A DNA stretch of 63,214 bases, counting the filler, from Octopus bimaculoides (Eukaryota): NCBI RefSeq assembly GCF_001194135.2. It is 5 parts of 4 records of this genome, joined end to end, with 100 filler letters (N's around TTAATTAATTAA, not from the genome) between each part and the next. Parts side by side here need not be neighbours in the genome. Positions count along the whole stretch, not along the records: positions 52,263 to 61,718 come from NC_069008.1; positions 61,819 to 63,214 come from NW_026404108.1; 3 more parts are not named here. One strand, given 5' to 3'. The first letter of the stretch is position 1; each line of letters starts with the position of its first letter. Below, piece after piece: positions 60,368 through 63,214 of the stretch. Below the pieces are notes generated by a model that worked only from the letters and a program-made list of their open reading frames with translations, did not search any database and was not told where the DNA came from. The position numbers and the translations under genes are program-made.

Positions 60368-60830
60368 TCCCAGAGGCAATGACAGGAGACCAAGACCTAT
60401 GGAGATATGCTGTGATTGAGAAGACCCAGCAACTATAAATGAGATCGCAGCCATGGCCGATGCTGGTGTTGCATGTCTGGCCCATTTAAGAGTAGCCCTG
60501 ATGTGCCAGGTGATATGATATGGTTGAGAAGACCTGCTGAGTCAAGTAGAACCAAAATCGTAACTGTGACCAGTGCCCCCTGTTCCTATGGCATGTAAAA
60601 GACATCAACCAAATGTGGCCGATATCAGTACCCCATAACTGGCTCCCATAGCCATGGCACGCAAAAAGCACCCACTACACTCTTGGAGGGGTTGGCATTA
60701 GGAAGAGCATCCAGCTGTAGAAAACATTGCCAAATCAGATTGGAGCCTGGTGCAGCCATCTGGCTCTCTGAACCTCAGTCAAACCGTCCAACCCATGCCA
60801 GCATGGAAACTGGACGTTGAACAACAACAA
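60368..60830 (+). mobile_element. Repeat family D with an RTE-like ORF end and (GAT)n-type tail
   Basis: GACCAAGACCTATGGAGATATGCTGTGATTGAGAAGACC (D.DLWRYAVIEKT) upstream of the GGAAGAGCATCCAGCTGTAGAAA tail shared with 24258-24415. Confidence 0.75.
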
Positions 60831-61427
60831 TGATGAGGAGGATGATGATATATATACACACAAATATATATATTGGGTCGTTAGATAAATTGTTCTCCTT
60901 TTCCCCATTCTTTTGATCATTTCCAATGACTCTAATTAACGTATATCGTTATTGTAGTGGTTTATGGCTTCTTCTCCCCCGGTTAATTTTTTGAAAATTG
61001 AGCAAATTTCACCTCGTTTTAGACATGTCGTGATGGAGAGCCAAGAAGGGGAAAAAAGGCAAATTCATCTGACAACCCGACAGAAATTGCAAAATTCTTC
61101 AATTAATCACAGCAACTTCAAGTTGTGAACTTCAGCATAAAAAAGAATAATGATTGATGTGAATGATGAGATAGAAGAATAAGCAAAGAAGGCAGAATGT
61201 AGCATAAACTGGTTTTATTTGAGAATTGTCCAAAGCAAGTAATCCTAAATGTCTGACGCCAATGCACTTCTCGAATATCAAGGGTGTACATTAGAAAATT
61301 GAGTATATATTGAAGTACGCTTGTATGTATATATGCATGTATATGTATACACATGCACACAGATACACAGATGTATATGCACACACACACACACACTTAC
61401 ATATTTATATATATGTCTATATACACG

Positions 61428-61463
<36 letters not shown>

Positions 61464-61762
61464 CATATATATATGTATGTATGTGTGGATATACACACAC
61501 ATGTATGTATATATACAAATAAATATATATATATACACACTAAACTTACACACACCCACACACACATATACATACATACATACATACATACATACTTACA
61601 GACACTTATTATTCCATATCACATACAAAAGAGCATATATATATATCAATATATAGAATATACATATATAAATATATGAAGGTATGTATAATGTTCAATG
61701 GTTATATATATAACAAAGNNNNNNNNNNNNNNNNNNNNNNNNNNNNNNNNNNNNNNNNNNNN

Positions 61763-61774
61763 TTAATTAATTAA
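61763..61774. other. Assembly spacer TTAATTAATTAA
   Basis: N44-12mer-N44. Confidence 0.9.
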
Positions 61775-61818
61775 NNNNNNNNNNNNNNNNNNNNNNNNNN
61801 NNNNNNNNNNNNNNNNNN

Positions 61819-62757
61819 ACCATTGATTACAATCCCAGAAAATCCATGAGGTCAATTGCAAAAGATCTACTTGTGTCAGAAGGAACAGTCAGAAATGTTG
61901 CACACGAAGACATCAGATATAGGTGTTATATGATGAGGAAAGGTCAATTTGTCAGAAAAAGAAAAAAAATCACCACATCAGATCTAAAAGGCTCTTAAAC
62001 AAACTGAAAAATCCAGCAGAAGATTTGATTTATTCTTTCTCAAACGAGAAAAACTTCGACCAAGATAAAAAAGTTAACAGAAGAAATGACAGATGGTTAT
62101 GTGCAGTCCCTTATGATGTTCCAAGTGTTATGCATACAAAATTTCCTGCAATTGTGATGGTTTTAGGGGTTGTCAGCAATGAAATAAATGTGATGCCTCT
62201 TTACTTCTTCCCACAATGCCTTAGAGTTAATTCTGCCACCTACATTGAGATACTGGAAATAATTGTTAAGCCCTGGATAGACAGTATATGCAATGGAAAG
62301 CAATATGTTTCATTAAGGCTCTGTATAATCATACCTGGCTCTAGTAACACAGGAACGGATGGCTGAAAATTTTCATGATCACATAACCCCTAACATCTAA
62401 CATTTGGCCCCCTAATTCCCCAGATCTCAATCCATTGGACTGTTACATGTGGAGCGTTTTTGAGAGAGGTCAATGAACACGCCCATTACGCCGATGATTC
62501 TTTGAAAGCTACCATAGTCAGAGTAATGTCCAAAATGAACCGGGACCAATTGATTCGAGCATGTAGATGATTTCGATCTCATATAGAAGCAGTTGTTGAA
62601 GCTGAAGGTGGATTTATTGTACATTATAGAAAAGAATGTTTATTGTTATCCTCATAGCATTTTTTGATAAATAAAATTATTATCTGTTATTATATATCTG
62701 TTTTTTTTTTTTTTATATATAAACATAAATCTGTCCTCAAATATCTTACGCACCCTG
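61819..62757 (+). mobile_element. maT (Bmmar1-like, DD37D) transposon, decayed transposase and 3' TIR
   Basis: NPRKSMRSIAKDL.VSEGTVRN..FSNEKNFDQDKKVNRRNDRWL..KFPA.VMVLGVVSNE..VKPWI..WPPNSPDLNPLD..EAVVEAEGGF; ends GCACCCTG at 62757. Confidence 0.9.
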
Positions 62758-63175
62758 AATATATGAATGAGAAAAGGAAGAAAACGGAGAAATTAACATA
62801 CAGACATTAGTTTATTTAAAGATATTTAAACCCATGTAGTGAAATGCCTGCCCTGCAGCTATTTCCACATTCAATTCGTTCCATTTCAGAAATTAAATTA
62901 AATTACTTTAATTTAAATTTTCATACTGAGAACATTTTATTGGGTATTTCATCAGGGAAGAATTTTGCCAAAGGAAGCTACACATCATGTCTTACGACAG
63001 ACTCAGATGTATGTGTTCTTCAATGTGTGCGTTCTTTAAAAAAAAACGTTATTAGCCTATATATACATATAAACAAATATGTTTGATGTACTTGTGCACG
63101 CGCTTATGCAATACATGATAACTTTTATTGGTGTCAGTGTGATAGTTAGGGCGAAATAGATGTTAGAGAGAGAGC

Positions 63176-63209
<34 letters not shown>

Positions 63210-63214
63210 GAAAG

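Overview
AT-rich, microsatellite-dense eukaryotic genomic DNA, about one-sixth N gaps. The SINE repertoire points to an octopus (coleoid cephalopod) draft assembly; this is inferred from recalled repeat families, not from a search. Four identical 100-bp spacers (N44-TTAATTAATTAA-N44) show that the window is five separately assembled blocks joined artificially. No intact protein-coding gene can be supported, and nearly all listed ORFs are microsatellite or N-gap artefacts. Supported content: (i) several modular tRNA-derived SINE families, labelled A, B, C, D, F and H here, including about 15 head-to-tail copies of family C embedded in (TAA)n; (ii) decayed non-LTR retrotransposons (R4/Dong-type RT and restriction-like endonuclease, CR1, RTE, a Penelope GIY-YIG endonuclease); (iii) Tc1/mariner fragments (maT/DD37D-like, DD41D-like, mariner), MITEs and fold-back elements, and a Helentron-like element; (iv) two type I hammerhead ribozyme motifs, one with an unusually long stem II; (v) minisatellites and a few weak candidate exons. 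The most interesting hypotheses are a (TAA)n-targeted SINE mobilised by an R4/Dong-type element, the Penelope-type hammerheads, and a regional CpG-decay contrast between copies of the same SINEs that may record DNA methylation domains.
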